A stretch of DNA of 60,931 nt, the filler included, from Porpidia crustulata (taxonomy: Eukaryota): assembly GCA_964255105.1 (NCBI GenBank). It is 6 parts of 6 records of this genome, joined end to end, with 100 filler letters (N's around TTAATTAATTAA, not from the genome) between each part and the next. Parts side by side here need not be neighbours in the genome. Positions count along the whole stretch, not along the records: positions 1 to 10,080 come from CAXUWE010000836.1; positions 10,181 to 20,259 come from CAXUWE010000837.1; 4 more parts are not named here. One strand, given 5' to 3'. The notes under the pieces were generated by a model. The model saw only the letters and a list, made by a program, of their open reading frames with translations, ran no database searches and was not told the DNA's origin. Positions 1 through 12,375 of this stretch are shown here, one piece after another. The position numbers and the translations under genes are program-made. Numbering within the stretch: the first letter of the stretch is position 1; the number at the start of each line of letters is the position of its first letter.

Positions 1-506
1 GTGCGATGGGATATCAACACCAGAAAATCTCTCTAACAGGCGCAGAGCCGGGAAATATTCTTCGACGTACGTGCTGGCAATCATGAGACCGAGGAATTCT
101 TTCTTCTAGATTAGTGATGCCACCGCGTGGAGATATGTAGAAGGAAGGGAGGGAGGGAAACGATTTGAGTGATGTAGGGGAAAATGTGTGTCCTAGAGTG
201 GTGGATTTACCACCAAAGGGCAAGAAAGAAGCAGAGCAAGATTGTGGGGGCCTTGTGGAACACGAATATCCCCACGTCGTGAAGTATGTTCGGTGAATCC
301 GCGCTTCATTTCTCAAAGCTTAACATTACAACCGCGCTCGGCCCCATCGAAAATCCCAAACCCCAAAACTCCGCTCGCATACCCAGAGGCTAAAGGATTG
401 GCAACCGACTGTACGTATCGGAAATCAGGTGTGAGCGGTGGGTAAAACCGGCGCTTTGGAATAAGAGACGCTGATTGAAACGCAGGTCAGAGGCCGTAAT
501 TCTTCG

Positions 507-1230
507 CTACTTATGGCCCGCCTTCGACACCCCTGAGAAGATTTGGTTAACATTCGTGCCCGTTTCGCTATTGGGATTCAGCCAGAACTCACCAACAGCG
601 ATAGCAATGATAATGACGACGATCGCAACTCCTCCCAAGATAATCCACCACTTCATGTTGCTGAGACACATCTTTCTCTTGACACTTCTCGCGCTGTCTT
701 TGAATTGGTTTGACCGAAACTTAAGATTTGTGGATTGGGCTTGAAGGTCGTCGATATTGTTACCACGCTCTTGGGTGCTGGTAAGATTCTGCTTCATGAT
801 ACCGACAGTTTCGTTGATTTTCTGTGATAGTCACACATGTCAGTACCTACTGAATACGCCCATTGCAGCACAGGATCCAATTAACGCGATGATTCTCAAT
901 GCAAAGAGAGGTTGCCTAAACCGGCAAATGCTAGAATTCCTCGATTCAGAAATGCTGACATGATCGATCGCATATTTCTTTGAAAAGCCACAACAGTACG
1001 AAATATTATATCTTCGAGAATGTAGGTGCTCCGTCGCATGCGTGATTGCGCGACAACTGAGATCTTTGCAAACTATGTTTGACCAACATAGCGGCTTTGA
1101 CAAGAAGCCTTGATTGTGGAAAACCTACAGCTTGAAGCGCCGCCGTTCGGCCATCTCCACCTTGATGTTGCCCTGGCGCTGCGCTGCCCGCGGGGATATA
1201 TGGGTCATAGGGTTGCTCGTGGTTTGCCAT
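507..1230 (-). CDS. Synaptobrevin/VAMP-type v-SNARE (Snc1/SynA family), 3 exons: 1230-1129, 821-593, 532-507
   Basis: Exon 1 MANHEQPYDPYIP...RTAALQA is the typical N-terminus of filamentous-fungal Snc1/SynA. GTAGGT donor at 1128 and CACAG acceptor at 822 lead into an R-SNARE heptad (KINETVGIMKQN...ERG...) and a TM helix (WWIILGGVAIVVIIIAIAV). A 60-nt GTGAGT..CAG intron at 592-533 leaves a short tail GVSKAGHK. Confidence 0.85.
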
Positions 1231-2436
1231 CTCCGTTGTTTCCGCAATATATTGGAGACTTTTCTACAGCAGATATGGTATCGATCCAGCGGTAAGTAAA
1301 GATCGATAAGTCAGGGTTGTAATAAAAGGTGGGAGCTCGAAGTGAATATGAAGGCTTTAGAGATGCGGATCGCTGCGGGTGATGGAACTGCAAAACGTCG
1401 ACCGTAGACGCTCCCAATCGCAAAGTGCGTCTAGTAGTTGCTGCGAAGTATGCCTTTGATGTGTTCGATACGAAGGATCGTGGTGCTGGAGGTGTTGACG
1501 AAGAAAAGAGATGAAAGGAATTGACGGGATCGTTTCTAGGGTCTCACGTGACGTGGTGGCTAATCATAGCCTCACTGGCAGAGCAGTCTCCTCTCTACGA
1601 CTACGATAGCCTAGTTATATATGGTAGTTTGTGCAGATGTGACCAGATACCTATTTTGGTCGCTCATAGGCAATCAAGGTGTCAAGGTATGATGCTAAAC
1701 ATGATTAGGAGTTCATCAACGGTTTCTGACAGATCCATGTCCAGTTACGGAAGTGCTGGTTGTGCCTTTCAGCTTCTCGTATAGCACCTGATAGTAAGCA
1801 TACGCATTTAGAGTGCCTTATTCCCGAGACATCAAAAGTTCCAGCACGAGGGGAAAAATCATGCATCTATACGTAATCTGTAATCTGCCATCAGCGAAGG
1901 TCTATGCCTTTGCTACAATAGCTCCTCATTCTGACATGTTCTCACCTCTGATGTAGGTATGCTATGATTGTGTTCGGACAACTAGATACCTGCTTTGTCC
2001 CAGCAACCAATGATTGCCTCCGCCGCGTCACCCGACCAATGACCGACAGGGGTATCATAGTCGTTTGCACCCTTATTGATCCGAGGGAGTTCAGGATTCT
2101 ACTTTGTACTCCAAGAACAACCATCCTCCCACCAGCACCGCTCAGGGTCATCCGATAGACATTGATTCACTCACAGCTTTTCCAGTCGCTCGCTCGAACT
2201 ACAGCTATCAGCAGTTGATTCACAGATTTTAGATCATCGGCCTCGTCTTGTTACCTCTCCTTCAACCAAACATATAACTCTAGTGCGTAGAACAGAGGAA
2301 AGATTGAAGGACACGGCGACTGCACAACAACACTGGATGCTCACCCGGTTTTCCTTTCCATAGGAATTATATCCTCTTGCTTCATTTTACGCGACCTCGA
2401 CACAGGATCTCAAAATATCTAATTACGCCATTTAGA

Positions 2437-3970
2437 ATGAGACTAACATCGCACTCGCCAGGACAGGCGGTGTCTTCTTGGCTTGCTGTTACGTCCTCAC
2501 TGTTGATTGGAAGTAGGCTTTGTACCGCTATCACGTTAAACATAGATGACCCAGGTACGTTCAACCCCACTCAGGGCGACCTGGCATTGACTTGGAAGGT
2601 CTGTAGGTCTTGGTACTCAATAACTAAATCATGTTTTATAGCATCTATCAAATCCGCTGCGGGTACTGTCGCCTATGGCATGATGAAGTTCTACACCGGC
2701 AACCACACCGGAGACGTCCCAGGAAATCTACCACAGCCATACTACTGGTGGGAGGCTGGAGCGATGTTTGGCTCGTTGATCGATTATTGGCATTACACTG
2801 GGGACACTACATACAATGACGTGGTGACACAAGGCATGCTCTTCCAGACCGGCCCAAACTACGATTATATGACCCCGAATCAGACCAAAACTGAGGGGAA
2901 TGATGATCAAGGTTTCTGGGGTTTGGCTGCAATGTCAGCAGCAGAGAACAAATTCCCAGATCCTCCGGCTGGAAAGCCTCAGTGGCTCGCCCTCGCGCAG
3001 GCTGTGTTCAATTCCCAGGCTATACGATGGGACAGTCAATTCTGTAATGGAGGTTTGCGATGGCAGATTTTTTCCTTCAATACCGGTTACGATTACAAGA
3101 ACACTATTTCTAATGGAGCCTTCTTCAACTTAGCCGCCAGACTTGCCGTTTACACAGGCAACCAGACATATGCAGACTGGGCCGAGAAGACGTTCGATTG
3201 GGTGGCATCCGTGAACTTGATGAGCCCTCAGTATCGCTTTTATGATGGCGCGCATACTACGTTGAACTGCTCCGATATTAATAGAGTTGAATGGACATAC
3301 AACAACGGAATCTTCTTGCTTGGAGCTGCGGCAATGTACAATCATGTAAGACTACGCTTTCTCCTAATTTAATACAGCCAACTAACAATGCTTGTTACAG
3401 ACAAATGGCGACGAGAAATGGCGTGCGAGAATCGGAGGAATCATCAACGCGTCCAGCCTGTTTTTCGACCCTAAGGTCCCCAACGTCATGACTGAACAGG
3501 CTTGCGAAGGGCCCGGCACTTGCGACACTGATAATTACTCATTCAAAGCATACTTGTCCCGCTGGATGGCCGCAAGCACCAAGTTCGCGCCCTTCACTTA
3601 CAACCTCGTTATGCCAAAACTTCGGGCCTCAGCTATAGCGGCTGCTCAGCAATGCTCTGGCGGGGCTGATGGCAATGCATGCGGTATGAAGTGGACAATG
3701 GGGCCTGTCTGGGATAAGTCTACCGGCGTTGGTCAACAGATGAGCGCCCTGGAGGTCATCCAGGCGAACCTTGTCAGCAGTGCTTCAGCACCAGTGGGAA
3801 ACAGTACTGGTGGGACAAGTCAGGGCAATCCATCGGCCGGGACTGGAGGAACGGCGGATCCAACGTTACCAAAAAGTGCAATCACCGGTAAAGATAGAGT
3901 GGGAGCAGGCTTCCTCACAACATTCGTTATCGTCAGTTTGATAGGAGGGGTTTGGTGGATCATTGCTTGA
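2437..3970 (+). CDS. GH76 mannan endo-1,6-alpha-mannosidase, DFG5/DCW1-like, GPI-anchored, 2 introns
   Basis: Motifs [21 protein letters not shown] (catalytic DD), [26 protein letters not shown] and [13 protein letters not shown]-terminal signal-like segment; C-terminal G/S/T spacer plus hydrophobic tail. Introns GTACGT..TAG (~2555-2641) and GTAAGA..CAG (~3346-3400). Confidence 0.95.
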
Positions 3971-5963
3971 CTGGATTAGAATCTCGGGCAATGTCCCACA
4001 CTCTCAGGAGTTCACATGTATGGCTATATGTATTTCTTCTTGCACGGATTGGGATTGGGCATTCAGCATGGAGCAAATCTTGTTTTCTCCGCGTAACAAT
4101 AAATATAAGAGGTGATTCTGCGAAAGTGAAGCATATGTAGCGGATAAATGAAATCAACCGTTCCTGCATCTACACCCAACTTCTTGTATTCAACCACCTA
4201 GAGTTCTACGTCCCTTTCCAACTCCAAATGGCGTTTGTCACTTTACTGAAAAGAGCGTTCGATGGCTCCTTCATTCGCGAGGAAAGCTTGTTGCAGAACT
4301 CATCAAGTCTTCGCACGGTTGTCCTAGTCAAACAAGCATGGAGCTTTTGACACCTCAGTGCAACTACTTCAATCGGCGCCTGGGTAGTATCTAGGTAGCC
4401 GCTGTCAGATCAGGAGAATTTGATACCGGCACCAGCGCCAGCGCCGGGACCGGGCCGTGCAGAACCATGGTTCGAAAAGATGAAGTTGACAGTTTGCCCT
4501 CCTGACCACAGATAATCCGTCTTTCGTTCTTGGCTTTCGCTCTTAGGTATATTCTTTTTCTTATGTGGTTGAGTCCAAGCTAAGCGACCGAGGCTATTCT
4601 CATGGGAACACATGATCATGCTATCACAAGACCGGAGTGAGGACAGGGCCAGCTTCAGTCTGTTTTCCAGGTGAATCAAAATAGGGAGATACCAGCTTTG
4701 AAGTATGACGAATAGCGATCTATCGGCGTTTGAAATATCGTCCCCTCCATCCGCAGTCTGTCCGCTGGGTATCTGCATGGTTGGACGACGATCGGAGCCT
4801 CGAGGCTGTCTTCATACGCTCGAACCCGTAGCCCACTAATTTCTGCCGCATGTATGCCCGTCGTGGCTCTTGCTCCAATGTCGAGTTTTGCCGTCCAAAA
4901 AATGATGTAGCAAACCACAGCTAAAAGAAAGACATCAATGTATGCTTCCACTAGCAACATACGAGGCTCGCGATCGTGAGTCCGCAAATAGTTTCATCCT
5001 GCATGCCGTCCCCAATTTCGGTCCTAATGACGAGTACTGCAATCTGCGTGGTATGTTGGCCATGTTGGTTGCCGTTGAGCTACAGGAGAGAACCCGCATC
5101 TTTGGAGCAGCCAGCAGTCTGGCTCTTGTCCGCCGATCCAGACCTACAGCGATGACATTCTTCCATTGGGCCGATGACTGCTGCAAAGAACATCGATTGG
5201 AGAACAATGACGATGCTTGCCAGCAAAAGCAATGCATGGAGTCAGGTGTGGAGGCTCAAATCCTGGATTCTTCCTTTACTGCGCTAGCTGCCCCTGTCAC
5301 AGCGGAACGCGATACAACCAATGAGATTGGAGAAGATATCGAAGGAGCAGCAGGTAATGTGGCTTACCTTGCGGCACTTGGAGTCCTATGCAATCAGCCG
5401 CTATCGCTGTGAGCTTGCTCCGTCCTGGTGTCACATCGACGAGACGCCCATCATATTTGACTGGCATCATGTAGACTTTGAAGCTCTCAGTACATCGGGA
5501 TGTCGCTGCGCACGAAGAGCCATTCGTTCAGGTAGTATGGATGCTTGCGATGAGTCTGAGGTCCCAAGCGGCTAAGGCAAAACAACTATTGGGCAACTGT
5601 CTCCCGACATCGTTCGGGGCTCTGCCGGTTGCGTCGTGGCACAGTGAACGCCTTGAATCATTCGGCGAATCGCCTTGACAGATCGCCCACCCTATCCTAG
5701 CCATGAGCCCATTATGTCTCATGGTGGTAAGCAGCTACATTGTTTCATGAAGCGTTTGTTCTTCTAATGTTGGATATTTTCTCTTGTTTCTACTTCGACT
5801 GCTAATACTTCAACATCGAGTGTCCATGAGATGTTATATAGCGCCTTGATGCGCTGAGAAGTACTGAAATTATATCGAGCTTCTACAATAGACGTATCCG
5901 TACATCTCCCACTTATCTATCCAATGCTCTCTTTGCTTCAACCGTTTTTGTTTTTTCTCTTGA

Positions 5964-8900
5964 ATGGACCATTTACCCTACCCAAAGAATGCAGCCGTGC
6001 CAAGAAATGAGATCCCATACATATGCGGCAAATACGAAGAATATGATCTTCGAGGTTTCCTCGATTACCCCGTGCGTAGGGGCTGGGCTGGATCTCCACA
6101 ATCTTTCCAATGGATGGATTGTCCGTCAGAATGTGTAGCTGAGCGAGCTCAGAACTGGCTCTTTTTTGGACTTCTGCATGAATTCTTCGGCGAGGGATAT
6201 CGCAAAGAGTCATTTCTACGTCGAAGACACAATACAGAGAGGCACGTTATCGATACTACTTCTCTACCTGAGTCCCTGACTACATGGGTCCAATCAACCC
6301 AACAGCATCAGCGCAATGGAACGGTCTCCGGAAGATTTGGGTCTGAGCAGTATTTTGACCACTTAGACGAGATCTTTATTGAAGTTGAAAGCCAGTCGGA
6401 GAGGGTGGAGAGAATATGTCCAGAAAGTCGGTGGATTACTCTTTCAGTCAAAGTCCTTCTCCAGTCAATGCAACACGCCGTTTCAAATGTTGACTACAGA
6501 CTTGTGTCAAGAATGTATTGCGGCAGGGTTCCCCCAGCAATAGTCTCCTTTTTGAGCATAAACTTAAAGACTTGGTGTGTTGGACAGGCTATTGGTCTCT
6601 GTGCCCAATACTCGGTGATCATGTACAACTATTTAGCAGCTTTACCACGTCTTACGGTCAATCTAGATCACGAGCAATGCTCGAAGGACAAATGTACTGC
6701 AAACAACGTGGACTTTGCAACATACAATACTCGCCACTCACAAGATGATTGCCAATGCCAATTCAGTGGGCCGGATATCGGTAAGATAACCAGACTCATC
6801 AGCGAGGGAAGCATTCCTCTGGTGACCCTAGCATTTCACGCAGATGGTAGTCCCTACTTCGACATCATAAAAGCAGAACCCGGAGTAGAGTATACGGCCA
6901 TATCCCACGTCTGGGTAGGGGGGCTTGGGAATTTCAGGGCAAATGAACTACCACGATGCCAGCTCGAACGTCTAAGTAAGTTGATAACGCAGGTCAGCGT
7001 GCCCCGAAGAAGAAAGTTGTTCCTAGGTCTAAGGTCTTTCATAAAGTCGGTGCCGCCTTTATCGCAATTGTTATTCATGAAGCAAGTCTATCGACCGCCT
7101 TTCAAAATGCCGGAACGAAATTCTTCATATTTCCGCGAAGGCATTTATGATAGATTAAAGCTATACAGAAATCAACGGCCACAGCGCGTTACTTTCTGGA
7201 TGGACACCCTCTTAATACCAGTAGGTGAGGCGAATGCGTCGTTGCGCAACAAAGCGATCCAAAGCATGGCTCTGGTTTATGCACGTGCGAAGAACGTACT
7301 CGTACTAGATGCAGAACTCCAAAACATCTCCCTCCAGGACATACCACTCGAACAAGCAAGTGCGCATGTGTTGTGCTCAAGCTGGATGACACGCTGTTGG
7401 ACTCTTCAAGAAGCTTGTCTCTCTGGAAATTGGGTCGTACAATTCAAAGATGGGATTTTTGACCCTCATGTCGCTAAAGAAAGGGCGTATGCGGTCCGTC
7501 AGAAAGCGATAAAGGATGCTGCTTGGAATGATCAAGTTGAACTTATACAGGAGTCGATCTCATGGTATGATGAGATGCCCGGGTTGAGACGACTATCTGT
7601 GTTGGATAAATCACAAAATAGTGAGCTTATGAACTTCATCAACACCTGGAACCATCTCAATCGGCGGTCGACTAGCAAAGCCGAAGATCTTCACGCCATC
7701 TTTGCCAATATGCTTGATCTTCCAGCTGGCGAGATACTGAGGCTGTCGCACGACCAGCGAACAAAAGCTATTCTCAGTACCCAATCTACGCTTCCTCTTG
7801 CTCTCTTATACAATTCAGGCCTCAAGCTCAATGATGCTCGAAACCATTGGGTTCCAAGGAATATTCAAGGCAGCCTCTTCGAAGAATCTCGGGGCGAGCT
7901 GACGGCGACAGCGGACGGTCTACTGCTGACTGGAGGGTACCATGATAAAACATACACTGGGTTCTTGGTCCACCACTTGGTTCCACGCTTTGAGAAATTT
8001 CGAATTGTTGACCCTGTGAAGTCTGAGACAATATGGGTGTACCGCGCGCTCGATGACACCAATCCAAGGATTCAAATTCCAGAATCTATTGAGACATTTT
8101 ATTTGATGAATGATTTGGACACACTCACTCAAGCTGAAAAACACAAAGTCCGACATCTAGCGGCCCGGTTTGCCGTTGTTGGTCGCGACGGCCGTTTGCT
8201 ACGCTTGAGATACGAATCATATTTACGATCTAGTTTTTCCAGGCCAGAGGAATTCACTATGTCGATTGATTACGGACACGAGGATGAAGAGTTCCCCATG
8301 ATTGCTGGGACGAGAACTGCAAAGGATCAATCATTCCTTCTAGAATGTGGTTAGTTTAAGCCCTTTTATTTCATGTCTGGGAGGACTTTCTGGACTTGAC
8401 AAGATGTTCGCGGCCCTTTGCGGAGATCAACTAATTAGTTTTGACAGACCTTAATACATCCTACAACGGTTTCAAAATGGGAGACGAGGTAAAGTCCGAA
8501 TCTGGTTTCGTCTACGAACTCTACGGATCTCTGTTCGCTGCGTTCATCCTTGGCCTGTGGATTTCATTCATAGTATTGTCGGACACAGACATAAAAACAT
8601 TCTACGGACCCCTTGCTGCTTCTTGCATCAGGTGGGCCTATGGTATAATGGAAATATCCTCGTTGAAGCTCAAGGTTGATCGCCGAAGTGAGGAGGCCTG
8701 GCTTACAACTTTTCATCACTCCAACGGGATATCTCAGAAGAAAGTCAACAAGTATTCGTTGCTCCAGTACAGTGTTTCTCAGATCGTCATTATCACAGTC
8801 ACTGGCATTATCTTTGTCGCTCTTGGAGTATCGGTCTTGCATCAGCAATGGATATGGCTGCTGGGTGTGACTATGCTAACAGAGCTGGCGACACGCTTGG

Positions 8901-8977
8901 CTATTGAGGTAATATGGCGAAAGCTCAGGTTGGGAGGGAAGTTGCAACGTTTGCTGAATCGATGGCGCGAATGGTGA
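5964..8977 (+). CDS. HET-domain (heterokaryon incompatibility, TIR-like) protein with C-terminal multi-TM extension; exons 5964-8349 and 8448-8977, ~971 aa
   Basis: HET blocks YTAISHVWVGGLGN, FWMDTLLIP, AIQSMALVYARAKNVLVLD and WMTRCWTLQE. GTTAGT donor at 8350, CTAAT branch at 8431 and CAG acceptor at 8447 join G+AC (Asp) in frame to the hydrophobic 8441-8977 ORF. Confidence 0.85.
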
Positions 8978-10080
8978 ATAGTTTTTCATATTTTCTTGGT
9001 CTTATATTGTCCTGTGTTTGCATTTTTCTGTTTTGTAGTGGAGTTTTGGTGCACAATTTACTTATCTTGAAAGACATTTTCTTCTTTCCGTATAAGTTCC
9101 GTTTCAGTATCTATTTTGGAATATCTATATACTATAACATGCGTCGTACAAAGTTCAATACGTAGCTCTCACGCTTCGTTCCCACATACGACGATTGATC
9201 AACGAACCCCCGTAATTACCAAGGACTTGAATGCAAGCATAGTATCATCAAGCTCTGGGCCTCTCTGCTGGCGCTCTTAGGACAAAATATCGGACTCAGT
9301 CATACGTCTCTTCCATCTTTCTGTTTATCATTCTCTCACTTTCCAGCAAGCGAACGGAAAGATGATCCGAGATTAGAGACGCCTTTCCGCTACATTCTCT
9401 GTGGCACTACCATCGTAAATACATCAATGAGCCTTAAATAATCTCACCAATTCGATCGCCCCTTACTATCATTTATCGAGATGCAAAATATGATGTCCAC
9501 AAAATGCCGCGTTACCGGTACTATAATCATAGCCGTCTCACTCGTCGGTCCAAGGAAATCATCCCACTACCGTCAAGAATTACCTCCAAAAGCAACAATG
9601 CATCATCCTATCACCTCGTCCGCCCTTCGGTTCAGCTATTAGAGCCCGTAAGACAGCAAAACCCGCAAGACAAATCTCACCAGAAAACCCTACATCGATG
9701 ACCTCAACATCTCATTCATCTAAAACGGCTAAGCGCAGAAAACTTCAAAGACCTCGGATGACTTCCTGAAGATCTGCGTATTACCAGCACCTCTCCCGAG
9801 CCCCACTTCCATCACAAACACAGTGGTACAACTCTACATCTCATACTGAAAATCCTCAATCTCCCCCTTTCAGTACCAGCTCCACCACCATCCTTATGAG
9901 AACTCTCCAATATTCCGCCCGCAAGACCCGCTCCGCCCGCAAGACCCGCCTCGTCTAACGGTATTTCTACGGCGCAGGCATCCGAAATGCCTCGTCAATT
10001 CTGAATTCCTCCTCCGAAAGCTCATTGGCGAATCCACAACCCATGTCTCAAGGCTCACAACCCACAACAACATCTATACC

Positions 10081-10180
10081 NNNNNNNNNNNNNNNNNNNN
10101 NNNNNNNNNNNNNNNNNNNNNNNNTTAATTAATTAANNNNNNNNNNNNNNNNNNNNNNNNNNNNNNNNNNNNNNNNNNNN
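10081..10180. other. Artificial contig-joining linker (N44-TTAATTAATTAA-N44)
   Basis: Exactly 100 nt with a six-frame stop core, identical at five positions. Confidence 0.99.
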
Positions 10181-11843
10181 CGATATAGCCGCCCACGGGC
10201 TCGCCTTCGCCTTCGCCTTCGCCATTACCTCCACCATCGCCTTCACCATTACCTTGACCATCGCCTTCGTCGTCGGCATGGTCCCCAGCCGTAGCTTCGT
10301 CACCACCCCATTTGGGTGTTGGGGTGATGTTGAGGATAATTTCGAGGCGAGGATCGACTTCGCTGTAGCTTGTTGCAAGAGTGTAATCCTTGCCCTTTCG
10401 GAAGCGGCGAGCTAGAGCGTCGTGAGAGGTGAGGATCTGGCCCGTGGCTAATTGAAGCCATCTCTTGAAGGGAATTGAAGGGAGAAGGTTTTCCAGGAGG
10501 TCTTGGACGGGGTTTGAAAAATTATCTGGAGCAGGCCGATCACGCGGCTTTTGGAAAAGGAAGCGGTGCTTGTGAGGGGGTGTGGCGACGGTCCAGGAAG
10601 TGGTGAACTCTATTTCAGATGCCTTGGGGGGAAGAAGGGCGGACTCCTGATTGGTTATGTAGGTGCGGAGAGAGTCTGCGAATTTTTGGGAAAGAAAGGT
10701 GTCGAGAAGTAGGGAGAATTCTTCTTTGAACTCGCGGGAGATGGAGTCGAGGGTATCCGGGGTTAAGTAGGTTGGCGCCACATATTTGAGAAGGAAATCA
10801 AGGTCTTTTTCCGATAGCTCTTGATCATCTCCCTCGACTTCATAAAGTTTCACGGTTGATCCTGGTCGATCGAGGTCGTCTCCTTTGCCTTGCAATTGCA
10901 TGAGGCTACTGCTCTCAGCCAGTTTCTTTTCCAGGCCTTCGACGTAACCATCTTCTCCTTCTTGTGGAATGTGATACCAGCCGCTGATGGCCATTCGCAC
11001 TCTATCCTCGTTACTCGCTCCATCCTCTCCTTTGGCATAAACCTCTTCCACATCATGGAAGCTTTGGCCTGGTTGTACGGCGAAAAAGCTCAACTGGTTG
11101 AATGCCGGTGGGATTGACACAATCGGGTCTGGACTAGGAACTCTGGCGACCCCATTCTTCCCCTCAAGGTCTTGGGTAGGATACAAACGCAATGCACCAC
11201 CCCATTCCTCTTTCCACGGCTTATCTGGATCAGTCAGGTAGAGAATGTAGCTCACTCTTCTACTTCCAATAACATCATCATGGCATAGTAAGTGACACCC
11301 AGGCGTGTAGACGTTAATTGCCATATCCGTCTTTTTACCCGAAAGGGGGCCGGCATCAGTGATTTTCGAGAGGTAGTTTCGAAAAGATGACGAATACAGC
11401 GCATTGCGAAGGGTCAGCAACGAAGGCAAAAGCTTCAACGCGGAGTCATCCAACCCATCAAGATTAGCAAGATCACCAGACTGATGGATCTTGTAAATAT
11501 CAGTTTCCTTTGGGGTAAAGGAGAGATTTTCTTTAATCTCGGACCGGACATTGTGGAGAAGATCAGGCGTGATGAGATTTGCTATCACCCCATGTTTGTA
11601 GCTTTCACGAGTGAGTCGATGATGGATCAATTCTGGTAGAATGGCTTACGGTTTGGAGTTGATGTAGAGTCGCTGGTAATCATCTAATGTGGACTTGTCG
11701 AAGAGTCCTGTACGAAAATTGCCTTTGCTGATGGAATTTGGTGACCGAGGTTCAGCGGCCAAGTCATCACCTTTGGCAAGTCTCTTGGATTTTGGAGGTC
11801 GTGGTTCTGATGTTGACGAATCATCTTCAGCTTTTCTCTTCAT
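10181..11843 (-). CDS. TPA1: uS12 prolyl 3,4-dihydroxylase TPA1/Ofd1 (OGFOD1 family), 3'-truncated by contig end
   Basis: KETDIYKIHQSGDLANL, HLLCHDDVIGSRRVSYILYL (HxD), SFHDVEEV and RMAISGWYH 2OG-Fe(II) motifs; second domain PPHKHRF/RRFRKGKDYTLA. A 48-nt intron at 11649-11602 gives SKP|YKHGVI. Confidence 0.93.
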
Positions 11844-12375
11844 TGTCAAGAATGTGTTGAAAGTCGGGCGACTATTACCGAAATCGGAGAATTGGTTGAA
11901 ACCTCAAAAGTGAGGCAGAAAGGCAGAAAGGCGGATGTGGAGGTTTCAAGCTGGCTTAGCGAGGGTTTCACGATACAACGGCAGTTCTAACTTGAACAGC
12001 ATCCGTACACGTGATGATCTGAAGATTGTAAAATATCCCGTCTCTACTGTAATCGCATATGAACATCAAGCACTCTGTACTACAACTTCGATGAGTCATT
12101 TGAGTGTACTTGTTTTTTAATCTAACCTAAGATCTTCAACTTTTGCTTGTACAAAAAGCTGCCCGCAATGAGCTGAATTTGGACTCCGAGCTCATATCCA
12201 GCCGCTACACCCGATCATCCTGAAAGAAGGAATGCCAAACACTGGACCGTGAGTTTCATTCAAGGTCCAAAGGTATCATAAGCTCATCGTCAACCACCAG
12301 AAGCGCCTTGCGTTGTCTAACCCCATCCCTCCGTGATAATTACGCCAAGAAAGGAAATTCGACCAAAGACCAGGA

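Noticed and set aside
4400..5720. ORFs 4942-5412 and neighbours as a partner gene of the HET protein
   Set aside because: No recognisable motif or coherent exon structure; may be a decayed gene but cannot be supported.
9915..9950. Duplicated CCGCCCGCAAGACCCGC
   Set aside because: Two-copy local slippage duplication with no further structure.
10125..10136. TTAATTAATTAA palindrome as a biological motif
   Set aside because: Six-frame stop core of the assembly linker.
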